This document shows, in pieces, positions 27,230 to 40,234 of a DNA stretch of 64,000 nucleotides. Origin of the DNA: Octopus vulgaris (Eukaryota). A program made the translations under genes and the position numbers. Under the pieces are notes generated by a model that was not told the DNA's origin, did no database searches, and saw only the letters and a program-made list of their open reading frames with translations. Position 1 is the stretch's first letter, and each line of letters begins with the position of its first letter. The stretch spans positions 6,076,001 to 6,140,000 of the forward strand of contig OX597837.1 in the NCBI GenBank assembly GCA_951406725.2. Direction: 5' to 3'.

Positions 27230-29640
27230 CTCATGCCAGGTAAAAAGCGCCCAGTAGGCTCTTTAAAGTGGTTGGCATTAGGAAGAGCTTGGTGACCCAG
27301 CCATGGTAGATGCCATGTAAAAATTGCGCAGTCCACACTGTAAAGTGGTTGACATTAGGAAGGGCATCCAGCTGTTAAAACCATGCCAAAACTGACCACA
27401 TCCTTGCTCTTGCCATGTAGAAAGCACCCTGTCTACTCTGCTGGGTGGTTGATGTTAGGAAGGGCATCCAGCTGCAAAAACTGTGCCAAAACAGACACAG
27501 AAGTCCGGTGCAGTCTCCTGCCTGGCCAGCCCCTTATCAAACCATCCAATCCACGCCAACATGGGAAACAGACATTAAACAATGGTGATGAGGTGTAGGC
27601 ATGGCTGTGTAGTAAGAAGCTTGCTTCCTAACAACATGGTCTAAGGTTCAGTCCCACTGCGTGGCACCTTGGGTGTCTTCTACTGTAGCCTTGTGAGTGG
27701 ATTTGGCAGATGAAAACTGAGTGAAGCCCATCTGCAGGTGGCACGTAAAAAGTACCCACTACACTCACGGAGTGGTTGGCGTTAGGAATGGCAAAAAGCG
27801 ACCAATAGAATAAGAACTGGGCATACAAAGAATAAACCCTAGGGTCGAACTGTTTGTTCGACAAAAGGTGGTGCTCCAGCGTGGCCGCAGTCAAATGACT
27901 GAAACAACACAAAGAATACAAGAATCCAGTTGCAGAAAACATGCCAAAGCAGACAGCAGCATTCGGTGCCGTCTTCTCACTTGCCAGTTCTTTACTGAAT
28001 CATCCAGCCCATTCCAGCCAGAAAAGTGGATGCCCTTCCTAATGCCAACCACTCCGAGAGTGTAATGAGTGCTCTTATGCACCACCAGCATGGGTGCCAC
28101 TTGCACGACACCAGTATCTGCCACGACTGCGATTTTGCTCCATGCCGGTGGCACGTAAGAAGCGCCATCCGATCGTGGCCGTTTGCCAGCCTCGTCTGGC
28201 ACCTGTGCAGGCGGCTCGTAAAAAACACCCACTACACTCACGGAGTGGTTGGCGTTAGGAAGGGCATCCAGCCATAGAAACACTTGCAGATCAGACTGGG
28301 CTTGGCGCAGCCTACTGGCTTCCCAAACCCCAGTTGCACCGTCCAACCCATGCTAGCATGGAAAGCGGACGCTAAATGATGATGATGATGGGTCTTCTTC
28401 TCAAGCACAATATAATGCCAAAAGTCTTGGTCATTGCCTCAGTGGGGCCACCTCAACAAATTGTCCAACCCATGCAGGTAAAAGCAGATGTTATGATGAT
28501 GATGATCATCATCATCGTTACAATGATGACAATACAATGCATATAGATGATGACAAAGAGATAAAAAAAATTTTTAAAAAAAAGAGTTCCACCTGATGCA
28601 TGTAGAAGAAACTCAAGAGAGTGAAGAATGAATAAAAAACTGGGAAGAAATAGCATTGCCAGCTGATCTCAGGATGCTGATAGGTGTGAAGGAGCTGATA
28701 AGAAATCCCAAGCGTTGAGATGCTGCACTGGCGAAGAGACCAATCGAATCAATGCACAAATGGAAAATTAGATGCAAAACGACGTATTATGGCGATTCAA
28801 GAAGACGCATACATATTTTTTATCATTTACTTGTTTCCATCCTTAAACTGTGGCAATGCTGGGGCACCGCCTAGAAGGGTTTCAGTAGAACAAAGAGGCC
28901 CTGGTACTTGTTCTATTTGTCTCTTTTGCCAAACTGCTAAACTATGAGGAAGGAATCAAACCAGAACTAGCTGTCGAATGGTTGTGGAGGTCAAAGGCAC
29001 ACATACACATATACACAACTGGCTTCTTACAGTCTCCACCTACGAGATCCAGTCACAAGGCTTTAATTGGTGAGAGATTATAGAAGACCCCCTACATGAG
29101 GTGCCATGGAACTGAACCCTGGAACCACGCAGTTGGGAAGCAAACTTCTTAACCACACAGCCATGCCTATACATACGTGTGAATGTATCTCTCTCTTTCT
29201 CTCTTTTACTTGTTTCAGTCATTTGACTGCGGCCATGCTGGAGCACCGCCTTTAGTCGAGCAAATCGACCCCGGGACTTATTCTTTGGAAGCCCAGTACT
29301 TATTCTATCGGTCTCTTTTGCCGAACCACACCAGCATCGGTTGTCAAGCAATGCTAAGGGGACAAACACAGACACGCAAACACACATACACACATATATA
29401 TACATATATACGACAGGCTTCTTTCAGTTTCCGTCTACCAAATCCACTCACAAAGCATTGGTCGGCCCGAGGCTATAGTAGAAGACACTTGTCCAAGATG
29501 CCACGCAGTGGGACTGAACCCAGAACTATGTGGTTGGTTAGCAAGCTACTTACCACACAGCCACTCCTGCGCCTACATATCTTTTACTGGTTTCCATCCT
29601 TAAACTGTGGCCATGCTGGGGCACCGCCTAGAAGGGTTTC
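27230..29640. mobile_element. Nested cluster of family A and D SINEs in AROS intron 1
   Basis: A copies at 27594-27910 (+), 28825-29170 (-) and 29200-29575 (-); D pieces at 27230-27590 and 28020-28390. Confidence 0.75.
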
Positions 29641-29899
29641 TGTTATTTTCAGATATGTAAACAAAGTTACTTTCGGTACTTACGGTACCTATACCGAAGG
29701 ATCGCCAAATTATTTACTTTGTGTAAATTTTTTTATGTATTTTGTGTTTTATTTACTTTGCTAGGAAGTCGTTGTAGGATTGACTAGTCACGACTAGCTA
29801 GCACCCATATATTCACACACAGAGATAGATAGATGCCGTATCTATGTGTCTATACTCTACTGCTCTGAGTGTTTCGTCCTTTCGGATTTATGATTTACT

Positions 29900-29951
<52 letters not shown>

Positions 29952-30702
29952 AAGGTCTTAATACTATTAGAATTATTCTATTTAAATACTACCAGCCGGT
30001 CATTGTTATCGTAACAGCTTCTATTCTGAAGTGTTTACATCTGTAGCTTCCACTGTGCTTCGCTTTCTTCCTCGCTACACACGTTGTTATACATCGAAAG
30101 AAATTGCTAAATAACAAACAGTAAATAACAATCTGCTCTCATAAACAGAACAACGTAACCTCAACGTGGTGTCGCTCAACATGCTAGAAAAAGTAGCAAA
30201 AACTCCCTCGATTTACATGCTACTGTATCAAAATAAGCACCACGTTGTTTGGAAACAGTCGTCAAAAATACAATATAAATGCATAAAGGAAGGGATGTTC
30301 ACGGTTAGAAGACTTTGAATTTAAAGCTAACCGAAAAGTAATAAACACGAGGCTAAACAACAACACCAAACCAAAGACAAGCCATCTACGTGGTTCCTCG
30401 AATTGTTAGAAATAACAACCAAGTTTCTCAAAGACGACAAGATGTTCTATATACAGTTAAAGGCAGAATTCTGTTTTAAGCACCTCATTCTATAAGATTA
30501 AAACAAAAAAGTTACGGGTGCTTTGACCAGAATTCCGCCGAGTTAAAACAGAAAATAGATTATCTCAGAACAACTGTCGGGATGGTCAAAACTGGAACGC
30601 TTCCGATTAGGTTGTTTTGAAATGAAACAAGAATTAACCATTATAAATTAGATTTAGTCGTAGATAAGAAAAGAGTATATATATATATAATATTATACAT
30701 AC

Positions 30703-30760
30703 ATGAAGACGGAGGTTCTTCGAAATGGAATAAGGCTTTCTTCAATGCTTCCATCGACAT
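30703..30760 (-). CDS. RPS19BP1: RPS19BP1/AROS-like gene, coding exon 1 (MSMEALKKALFHFEEPPSS, ends phase 1)
   Basis: ATG at 30760; donor T|gtatgt at 30702-30697; N-terminus resembles the AROS start (MSxxLL[RK][RK]xLxxF/L); phase matches exon 2. Confidence 0.72.
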
Positions 30761-30924
30761 TTCTGTTGATGTTACGTGTGAGTAACAAATCAATCTGTGA
30801 CACCGGTTAAACACCGTTACGAGCAAGGGAGATAATTCTCCCGTTCTAATTCAGTTCTTTAAATACCTGTAGTGTATTAATTATTTTAATTGTTGAGTGT
30901 GGTTATATGTTTAATTATACGGGG

Positions 30925-31942
30925 TTGGGGCGGCTTTAAGGGTGTCACGTAAGGCCAGACTGGAGGCCTAACCTTCCGAGGGATCTTTTCGGTTTGAACG
31001 GCAGTTTTTAAAAATAATTTCCACGTAACTAAACACTTTTAAACTTCGTATACTGGTAGAATGTATTTATCATACATCTTTTTCTCTTGGCTTTATTGAG
31101 AAAATAAAGTTTGTAAGATATTAGTTGTTTTTTTTTTCTTCAGTTTCTGTAATTTCAACCAATCAATTTCTGTAATTTCAACCAATCGTTTATTGAGGTG
31201 AAAACATTCTGTGCCGTATGAATATGTCCCTCGTTTAAGAAACAGATTGGGTTTATTTACATTTGTGAAGAAAAAAAGATACCTCCCCCATCCCCCACCC
31301 CTAACCCTAAAACAGATTGAAATGCAATAGATTGATACTAGGGTCATAATTATGGGTGACAATTTCATATAACACCGCTAGAAAAAACTGCCGTTCAAAC
31401 CGAAAAGACCCCTTCCGACTTCTTTTACGAAGGGGTGTTGAATAGTTCTTGGCTTTACGGGTGTCATAAATGGGCTCAACCTTCCGAGTGCTTTTATGAG
31501 GGGGTGCCAAAAAGTTTCTGGTTTTAAGGGTGTCGGGAAAAGCCTGGCTGGAGATCCCAAACCTAGTTCTTTTGCGAAGGGGTGCTGTATAATTCTTTGC
31601 TTTAAGGGTGTCATAAATACCCTCATTACAGGCCCAACCTTCCGAGTGCTTTTATGAGGGTGTGCCAAAAAGTTTCTGCTTTTAAGGTTGTCACGAAAGG
31701 ACTGTCTGCAGATCCCAAACTTCCGAGTTCTATTACGAAGGGGTGCTGAATAGTTCTTGACTTTAAGGGTGTCAAAAATGGCCTCGTTATAGGTCCAACC
31801 TTCCGAGTGCTTTTACGAGGGGGTGCCCAAAAATTTCTGGCTTTAAGGGAAAAGCCTGTCTGGACGCCCAACCTTCCGAGTTCTTTTACGAAGGGGTGCT
31901 GAAGACTTTAAGGATGTCATAAATGGCCTCGTTACAAGCCCA

Positions 31943-31950
<8 letters not shown>
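30925..31950. repeat. Minisatellite with ~60-bp subunits alternating as a ~120-bp dimer
   Basis: Repeated ccaaccttccgagt(g/t)ctttta(c/t)ga.gggg.tgc...ctttaagggtgtc; interrupted by a MITE. Confidence 0.8.
30981..31411. mobile_element. MITE, ~29-bp TIR GGATCTTTTCGGTTTGAACGGCAGTTTTT, 8-bp TSD (possibly Merlin-like)
   Basis: TIRs at both ends; TSD cttccgag/cttccgac; internal ccctaaccctaa. Confidence 0.85.
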
Positions 31951-32008
<58 letters not shown>

Positions 32009-32014
32009 CATACA

Positions 32015-32046
<32 letters not shown>

Positions 32047-32076
32047 CATATACATATATATATATATAACACATAC

Positions 32077-32107
<31 letters not shown>

Positions 32108-32145
32108 TACATATATACATATGTATGTGTGTGTGTGTGTATGTA

Positions 32146-33460
32146 TACACAGGGCCTTTTAAATAAATTGATATCAATTTGAAGCAGTTGACTTAGTGGG
32201 TTTAGCATTTCCTTTTTTGATAAAACCTTGCTTGAAATCTAATCGTCCTCTTTAGTTTTCAAGTAAATAGCGAACTGATTCAACGGAACAGCAGAATCGT
32301 TCTGCCATTGTTGTTTTGGTGCGCGCAGGACACACTGCCAATAAAATCGTTAAGTTTCTCGTGTGTATTAACCATTTAAAGAAATGGGAAAGATTGATGG
32401 GAAAAGACACATGACTCGAAGTGATTCCAAGCGCAACCCAAAGTTTCTCGCCGGCCTCAAACCCTCGATTGAAGCCAACCCATCGACATCCAGGACAACT
32501 TTTGCAAAGAAAAGCAATGTGTCCCTTTCCACGGTGTCCAGAGCTGTGAACAGGGTCCTTGGTACGACTAGCTAGTCAACTCCTAACAACCAAGGCGAAA
32601 GCAATCAGAGCGCAGCGATACCCAAAGCTTCTGTCATTCATCAAACATCAGAATGCAGGAAAAACTCCCATGTTTGTGGCTGAGCCAAAGCTAACTGTGG
32701 ACTCTGAGGTGAATCGTAGAAATTCTTAAGTGATAGCATATAATCCTTCTGACGTTCCCATTCTGTTTGAGACTAAGAACCCTTATTTCTTTACTGCCCA
32801 CAAGGGGCTACACACAGAGGGGACAAACAAGGACAAACAAACGAATAAAGTCGATTATATCGACCCCAGTGCGTAACTGGTGCTTATTTAATGGACCCCA
32901 AAAGGATGAAAGGCAAAGTCGACCTCGGCGGAATTTGAACTCAGAACGTAGCGGCAGTCGAAATACCGCTAAGCATTTTGCCCGGCGTGCTAACGTTTCT
33001 GCCAGCTCACTGCCTTAGTTTGAGACTAAGAATCCTGCCTCTGTGATGGTATTTGGTGCCGTGGCGAGTGATGGAAGTGTCATGGGACCACATTTCATTG
33101 AGTCTGGCTCGAAGATCGTCACAAAGGAGTATCTGGACAAACTGAAGCACTCTCTGTTAGCTTGGAGGGAGCAGAAGTTTGGGCTTGACAATGTGGTCCT
33201 AATTCAGGACTGAGCACCAGGCCACGGGTCAAAAGCAACGTAGGGTTTCCTTGGGGAGAAGGTGCCATTTTTTTTTGTGTGGGCCAACACCTGGCCCGGT
33301 AAAAGCGCAGATCTCAACCCTCTCGATGACGTTTTATGGGGGCGTATTTGAAACAAGGTCCAATGCTTCACCACACTCGAGTGCCAACAGTTTGGAGACC
33401 TGCATCGTGCATGCGACACGCAAAATCACGAAGGCGGAGATTACAACAGCTGCAAAACAC
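32146..33460 (+). pseudogene. Decayed Tc1/mariner transposon, maT (DD37D)-like transposase
   Basis: RSAIVVLVRAGH, RSDSKR, VSLSTVSRAV, NPASVMVFGAVASDG, IQD*APGH and WPGKSADLNPLD (38-residue D-D spacing including a poly-T run); in-frame stops. Confidence 0.85.
32784..33017 (-). mobile_element. Full family B SINE inserted in the transposase
   Basis: TSD gtttgagactaagaa(c/t)cct at 32765-32783 and 33018-33036. Confidence 0.9.
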
Positions 33461-34335
33461 AAATGTAGCAAATAGATGCCAGTATGCTTGCACTAATGAG
33501 TTTTTCTTTCTACCGAATCATTCGAATACAATAAATTCCGTTGAATGTTACTTTTATTCCTGCAAAAAAGATTTTCACGAAGAAAACTGATAAACCGCTC
33601 TTTATTTATTTATTTGTTTATTTCCATTATTTCTAACAAAAATTTCCACATTAATATTCTCGATGGATTCAAAGTCTTGCCATATTGAAATATTTTGTCT
33701 TAAAAACGGTTCTTTTCAATTCTCAAAGAAATTGCTGAAATACTCTTACAGAATAAATGATGACAGTTCCTTTTTTTATTCATCACCGATTTTCAACAGC
33801 TTTGCTCTCCAGATTTTGGTACTAGTTTGTTTCTATGACAACAAGAATATTATAACTTTTACTCAATTTTCCCAAAGAACTTAATCATTACTTCGAGCAA
33901 TTCTAATTTCGTTTTTTCTTACGCAATGTTTTCTCATCTCTTTCACTTCGGTTTTCTGCGTTTTCATAATATATTCCATGGAATAACTATGGTATTACAT
34001 ATTGTACAGACTATCGTGTAGCTTTGCGCTCATATGCCTTGCTTTGTTCCCCCTCTTATCCCTCACTTTTTATGATGCTGTCTTACTTTTTGTGTTTGTA
34101 TATATTTTACGGCAATTTACTACAGATGAAGCCATCAGCATCATTTTTAATAACAGAATTTTCACGGATCTTTCTCACATTTGATTTACCCATTGAATAA
34201 ATATACCCTACTCATCTCCCACTGTGACTGCTTACACACACACACAAGTATATCCATCCATCCATCCATCCATCCATCCATCCATCCATCCATCCATCTA
34301 TCCATCCATCCATCCATCCATCCATCCATCTATCC

Positions 34336-34386
<51 letters not shown>

Positions 34387-34440
34387 CATCCATCTATCCA
34401 TCTATCAATCCATCTATCTATCTATCTGTCTATCTATCTA

Positions 34441-34504
<64 letters not shown>

Positions 34505-34581
34505 GTCTATCTATCTGTCTGTCTATCTATCTATCCATCCATCCATCCATCCATCCATCAATCCATCCATCCATCCATCCA

Positions 34582-34644
<63 letters not shown>

Positions 34645-35587
34645 CTTCTATTCGTTTACTTATTTCAGTCATTTGACTGCGGTCATTTGACTGCCTTTAG
34701 TCGAACAAATCTCCCCTTATTCTTTGTAAGCTAAGCACTTATTCTATCGATATCTTTTGCCGAACCGTTAAGTGAACGCAAACACACCGACATCGGTCGT
34801 CAATCGATGGTGGGGGTACAAACTATGAAAGGAAGACTATGTAGTTCGTGCCGCGACCAAAGGCACACTGGAGCTTGGCGATCGTGGTAACGACATTCCG
34901 ACCTGACGTCTACAACTCTCTGTAAATTGGCTCTTTTTCCTAGTCAGTTTCTAGCCGTTGTAGAGAAATGTCTTAGGGCCCTCCAGAATAATCTTTCACA
35001 TGATGCTTGATTTCTGCACACGTGATCAAACCGTTGCTATAACGTGATTTGAAATCTGCAATATAGTAACTCAAGTTAACGTCCTGCTACAGTTTCATTA
35101 ATTTGTTGCGATTTTTGCCAGCATTGCTTTTGGTTTAACTCATGTTTTAACCATCGATGTTGCTAATTTTACTGATGTTACTGTTGCTGCTGCTGCTGTT
35201 GTTGTTGTTGTTATTGTTTACACTAGTTACTGATTTGTTTGTTATTTATATTTGTTTTTAGTTATTTTATTTGTTTCTAATGTCATCTCGTAGCTTTTTT
35301 CTGCATTTACTACATCGGCTGTTGTTGCTATTGTTGTTGTTGATTTTGTCACCATTGCTGTACTTAATTTGTTCTCGATTGATAGTAAATTAGTCTTGTT
35401 TTCTTTGTAGTACCTGTTGTTGCAGTGGTTTCTGTTGTTATTTTCAAATTTCAAAAAATATTAACATTTAAATCGATTCTGGATTTCCTATTTATTTGGC
35501 ATTGTTATAGAAGAAGGAAAATCGTGAAGTTTTATGCCCATACACGCAAACTCACTCACACGCACATGATAATATACACACATACTA

Positions 35588-35599
<12 letters not shown>

Positions 35600-35622
<23 letters not shown>

Positions 35623-35960
35623 CGAAGACATATACATACTACACAGATACATATACATGCGAAGATACACACATATTACACACATACACACACATGCGAA
35701 AATACACACATACAAAACACACACACATGCAAAGATACACACATACTACACACCTACACACACATACAAAGATACACACATATTACACACATACACACAC
35801 ATGCGAAAACACACACATAGTACACACACACACATGCAAAGATAGACACATACTACACACCTACACACACATGCAAAGACACACACATACTACCCACCTA
35901 CACACACATGCAAAGATACACACATACTTCACTCATGCACACACATGCAAAGATAAACAC
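35600..35960. repeat. CA-derived minisatellite
   Basis: Repeated acacacacatgc(a/g)aagatacacacata(c/t)tacacac units. Confidence 0.75.
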
Positions 35961-35974
35961 GTATACACAAACAT

Positions 35975-36296
35975 TACTGGCACTTCGTCAGTTGCGACGA
36001 TGAGTGTTACAGTTGACCCGACCAACGGAACAGCCCGCTCGTGAATTTAACGTGCAAGTGGCTGAGTACTCCAGAGACACGTATATCCCAACGTAGTTCT
36101 TAGGGAGATTCAGCGTGACACAGAGTGTGACAAGGCTGGTCCCTTTGTAATACAGGTACTACTCATTTTCGCCGGCTGAGTGGACTGGGGCAATGTGAAA
36201 TAAAGTGTCTTGCTCAAGGATACAACGCGTCGCCAGGAAATGAACTCATGAACTTGCTATCGAGAGCCGAATGCCTTAAAGACTACACCGCACGCC

Positions 36297-36300
<4 letters not shown>
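35975..36300 (-). mobile_element. tRNA-derived SINE, family E
   Basis: Head at 36230-36300, core ccttgagcaagacactttatttcacattg; homologous to 55850-56030 and 56120-56412. Confidence 0.75.
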
Positions 36301-36349
<49 letters not shown>

Positions 36350-36415
36350 ACACACATTAGCACACAGAAACTCACAGAAATCTACTAACTAATATATATA
36401 TATATATATGTATAA

Positions 36416-36470
36416 ATGAAAGAGGATGTTGTGAAGCAGCATCCTTTGAAACGGAACAGCCGTAGAGATG
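36416..36470 (+). ncRNA. 5'-truncated hammerhead motif
   Basis: ATGA-aagaggatgttg/cagcatccttt-GAAA-CGG-aacag-CCG-TA; the CTG of the core is replaced by the TA repeat. Confidence 0.5.
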
Positions 36471-36486
36471 GTCGTACATACATACA

Positions 36487-36564
<78 letters not shown>

Positions 36565-36566
<2 letters not shown>

Positions 36567-36755
36567 AAGTTAATCCAAACATGAACGCGAGGACGTGGAA
36601 CAAATATAGTATTATTGGACGCTCAGGAAGGAAGGAAAGAAGGAGGGTTTAACGTTTCGAGCGGAGCTCTTCGTCGGAAACATAGGAGAAGGAAACATCC
36701 AGAGAAGGGAAGACAGAGGAAAGAAATCGCCAAAGGTACACACGCGGTCACATGT
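36565..36755 (-). mobile_element. Penelope-like terminal repeat with hammerhead motif (36647-36681)
   Basis: Reverse complement of 62660-62870; minus strand gttt-CCGACGA-A-GAGC-tcc-GCTC-GAAA-CG-TT-aaac. Confidence 0.65.
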
Positions 36756-36899
36756 CTATGTATATGTATATATATTTTGCTAATGTATTTTTTGCTAGCC
36801 GGAAGCTGAAAGAAAGCTATCATAGGTGTGTGTGTGTGTGTGTGTGTTTGTGTGTGTGTGTGAGTGTGTGTGTGCGTGTATCCATGTTGGTTCCTCTTT

Positions 36900-37340
36900 G
36901 TATCTGTTTGTCCCCCTAGCGCCGTTCGACATCCTGTGTCATTTTGTTTACGGCCCCGTAACTTAGCGATTCGGCAAAGAGCGATTCGATAGAATAAGTA
37001 CTAGGCTAGGCTTACAAAGAATAAGCCTTGGCGGTCGATTTGTTCGTCTAAAGGCGGTGCTCCAGCATGGCCGCAATCGAATGACCGAAACAAGTAAAAG
37101 AATAAAAGAACATGAGTATATACACACACACACACACACACACATATGTGAAGAAGGGCACGATGCACAAGTATATAGGCGCTGGAGTGGCTGTGTGGTA
37201 AGTAGCTTGCTTACCAACCACACGGTTCCGGGTTCAGTCCCAATGCGTGTCACCTTGGGCAAGTGTCTTCTGCTATAGCCTCGGACCGACCAAAGCCTTG
37301 TGAGTGGATTTGGTAGACAGAAACTGAAAGAAGCCCGTCG

Positions 37341-37420
<80 letters not shown>

Positions 37421-37655
37421 AGTGTGTGTGTGTGTGTGTGTGTTTGTGTCTGTGTTTGTCCTCCCAACATCGCTTGACAACCGATGCTGGTGTGTTTACG
37501 TGTCCGTTACTTGGCGATTCGGCAAAAGAGGTCGATATAATAAGTACAAGGCTTACAAAGAATAAGCCCTGGAGGTCGATTTGCTCGACTAAAAAGGCGG
37601 TGCTGCAGCATGGCCGCAGTCAAATGACTGAAACAAAGTAAAAGAGTAAAAGAGT
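36900..37655 (+). mobile_element. Two family A SINEs (3' half, then full copy 37177-37655)
   Basis: Homology to the reference copy. Confidence 0.85.
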
Positions 37656-38189
37656 ATATAGGGGTATCGTATCATTTGTATTTGAATTGCATTTGCGTAA
37701 GGAAACAGGTGAATAAAAGAATCGTCCGTCAGTTTTTCCGGTCCGTATGGTTTCCTGTTGGCTCTTTGCCTATTTGTCTAGACTTCTTCAGTAATGCTGA
37801 CACTACGCACCTCATTCTCACATTCTTCATTATCCAATGCCAGACAATTCGCAATGCTTCCTTGCTACTTGTCAAAGAAATATTACTTAAACAGCTTTCG
37901 TTGCTTGTCTGTAGAGACTGTGTATAGTTTAAATATTCTCATGTAGCTTTGAGTAATTGCAAATTATATTTAATGTGTCTAGTATTGAAAAGAGGTGAGC
38001 TGGCAGAAACGTTAGAACGCTGGGCGAAATGGTTAGCAGTATTTCGTCTGTCTTTATGTTCTGAGTTCAAAATCCGCTGACGTCGACTTTGCTTTTCGGG
38101 GTCGATAAATTAAGTATCAGTTGTGTACATAATTTATCCCCCAAATTTCGGATATTGTGCCTACAGTAGAAAAGAATATGTCCAGTACA

Positions 38190-38266
<77 letters not shown>

Positions 38267-38276
38267 TGTATGTATG

Positions 38277-38309
<33 letters not shown>

Positions 38310-38458
38310 TAACATGCACACACAAACATGTATTACATATATATATGTATGTATATATATGTATATATATATATATATGTATATACACGAGCAAAACGCC
38401 CCCCCACGTCAGACAGAACGGATTTTATATAATATATATTTGTGTGTATGTATGTATG

Positions 38459-38506
<48 letters not shown>

Positions 38507-38789
38507 CTGAATAAAGTAACAACATGGTCCGGTTTTCACATTTTTTATTATTGTATTGAAAAACAATTTTTTTACCATGATGAAGTGTGTTAAACATTAA
38601 AAAAACATTTTGTGAAAACCAGACTATGTTGGAACTTTATTCAAGTGATATATTATTCTATACACATTTTCACAAATTTCAAATATATATATCATATACG
38701 CGGTAATCTCATTAAAATGGTTTATTGATGTGTTTTGTCTCTTTTTTTTCCACGACGAGATGATTGCATCGTTTTAGTTCAGTTTATTC

Positions 38790-39275
38790 TCTCCGGAATA
38801 ATACCAATGTTTTCTTCGAAACATATGTCGGAAGTATAAAGATTTGAATAACACCTGCGTTCAACTCCATTTATTAATTTATCTATGTCATATTGAAACA
38901 TTTCAGTAAACCCTGGAATTTCTACCTTTATAAGTAGGCTGTAGTATACTTGGCACTTACGTGAATTTTTACTAAGCTTGGAAACTGTCTTATTTGCACA
39001 CATTGAAAAAATACAGATACATTTATATATGTATATAGTTAATCCAAACAAGAAAGCACGAAAAGACACAACAACGCGAGGACGTGGAACAAATATATTA
39101 ACAGTAATGGTAAGACAACAAAAGGGTGAATGAGACTTCGATATTATGAAAATAGAGGAATTTATCTGTGAAATAATGTGACAATTGTTCGGTTGCCATA
39201 ATAAGAGTCCGAGTTTCGAGTTTCGAATGTCGGGACGGAAACCTGCTCCGGCATCTCGTCAGTTATCGAGGCAAT
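38790..39275. mobile_element. Penelope-like fragments with partial hammerheads
   Basis: + strand GAAA-CATATG-TC-ggaag (~38818-38834; region is a diverged reverse complement of 45480-45690); minus strand CTGACGA-gatg.cgg...ccgacattc-GAAA at ~39213-39262. Confidence 0.5.
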
Positions 39276-40142
39276 ATATATATATATGAACTGAATTAAA
39301 TATAATGTTATGCAACTTCGTAATAATCCTTATTATTATTGTTGTTGATTTGTTAGCACGCTGGACGAAATGCCTAGAGGTATTTAATTATACAAAGTAC
39401 TTCTGGGTAATTTGTATTATATGGAATAGCTTTTTCATAATAAACACGGTCTTCTTTTAATAAGCTAGAGTGGAGAGCTAGCAGAATCGTTAACATGTCG
39501 TGCAAAATGCTTGGCATTTTGTCCATCTTTACGTTCTGAGTTCTGATTACGCCGAGGTCGACATTGCCTTTCAACCTTGTGAAGTTGACAAAATAAATAG
39601 CAGTTGAACAGATTTGGCAATGTGATCGACTTATTCTTTTCCTCTGAACTTGCTGGCTTTGTGCCAAAATTTCAAACCAATATTCTCCAACTGGTTAAAA
39701 AACACATTTGATATCTCTCTGAGCTGGGAATTAAATCGATATTATTAGTTTCATGACATTTATACCTTCATCAGGGAAAGGATATTACTAAACGTGTATT
39801 TTGAAGCCTGTGAACCTGTATTACTGTGTGGAATGAGTAAGTTTTTGTATTACGCACAATTCCTTTCCATATCATTTAAGATACATTATATCTTACATCT
39901 GCGAACATAAATTCTGCCAGGTTTGATTAGATTAGCATCAAGAAAGTCGCCAGTTATTTATTTTATCATTTTTTTTTTTTTTTTGTTATTATGAATAAAC
40001 ATCAATATTAATAGCAAAATGATCAAGTGCTGCTCATAAAATTATAAAATACTTTGTCGTTATTACTAGGGAATATAACAATGTGTATGTATGTATTTAT
40101 GTATGTATGTATGTATATATGTGTATATATCATGTAGGTGTG

Positions 40143-40227
<85 letters not shown>

Positions 40228-40234
40228 ATATATA

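Noticed and set aside
29183-29764. 193-aa ORF and similar RRASFSFRLPNPLT ORFs
   Set aside because: These are antisense readings of SINE family A that recur at every copy.
29678-29900. Possible first exon (donor gtaagt at 29683-29678) and a gtcc-gaaa-ggac-GAAAC-like hammerhead remnant at ~29865-29895
   Set aside because: A better AROS exon 1 exists at 30703-30760, and the hammerhead 5' core is absent.
37700-37925. Minus-strand reading weakly resembling an RTE C-terminus or an exon
   Set aside because: Motifs are too degenerate and no convincing splice pair was found.
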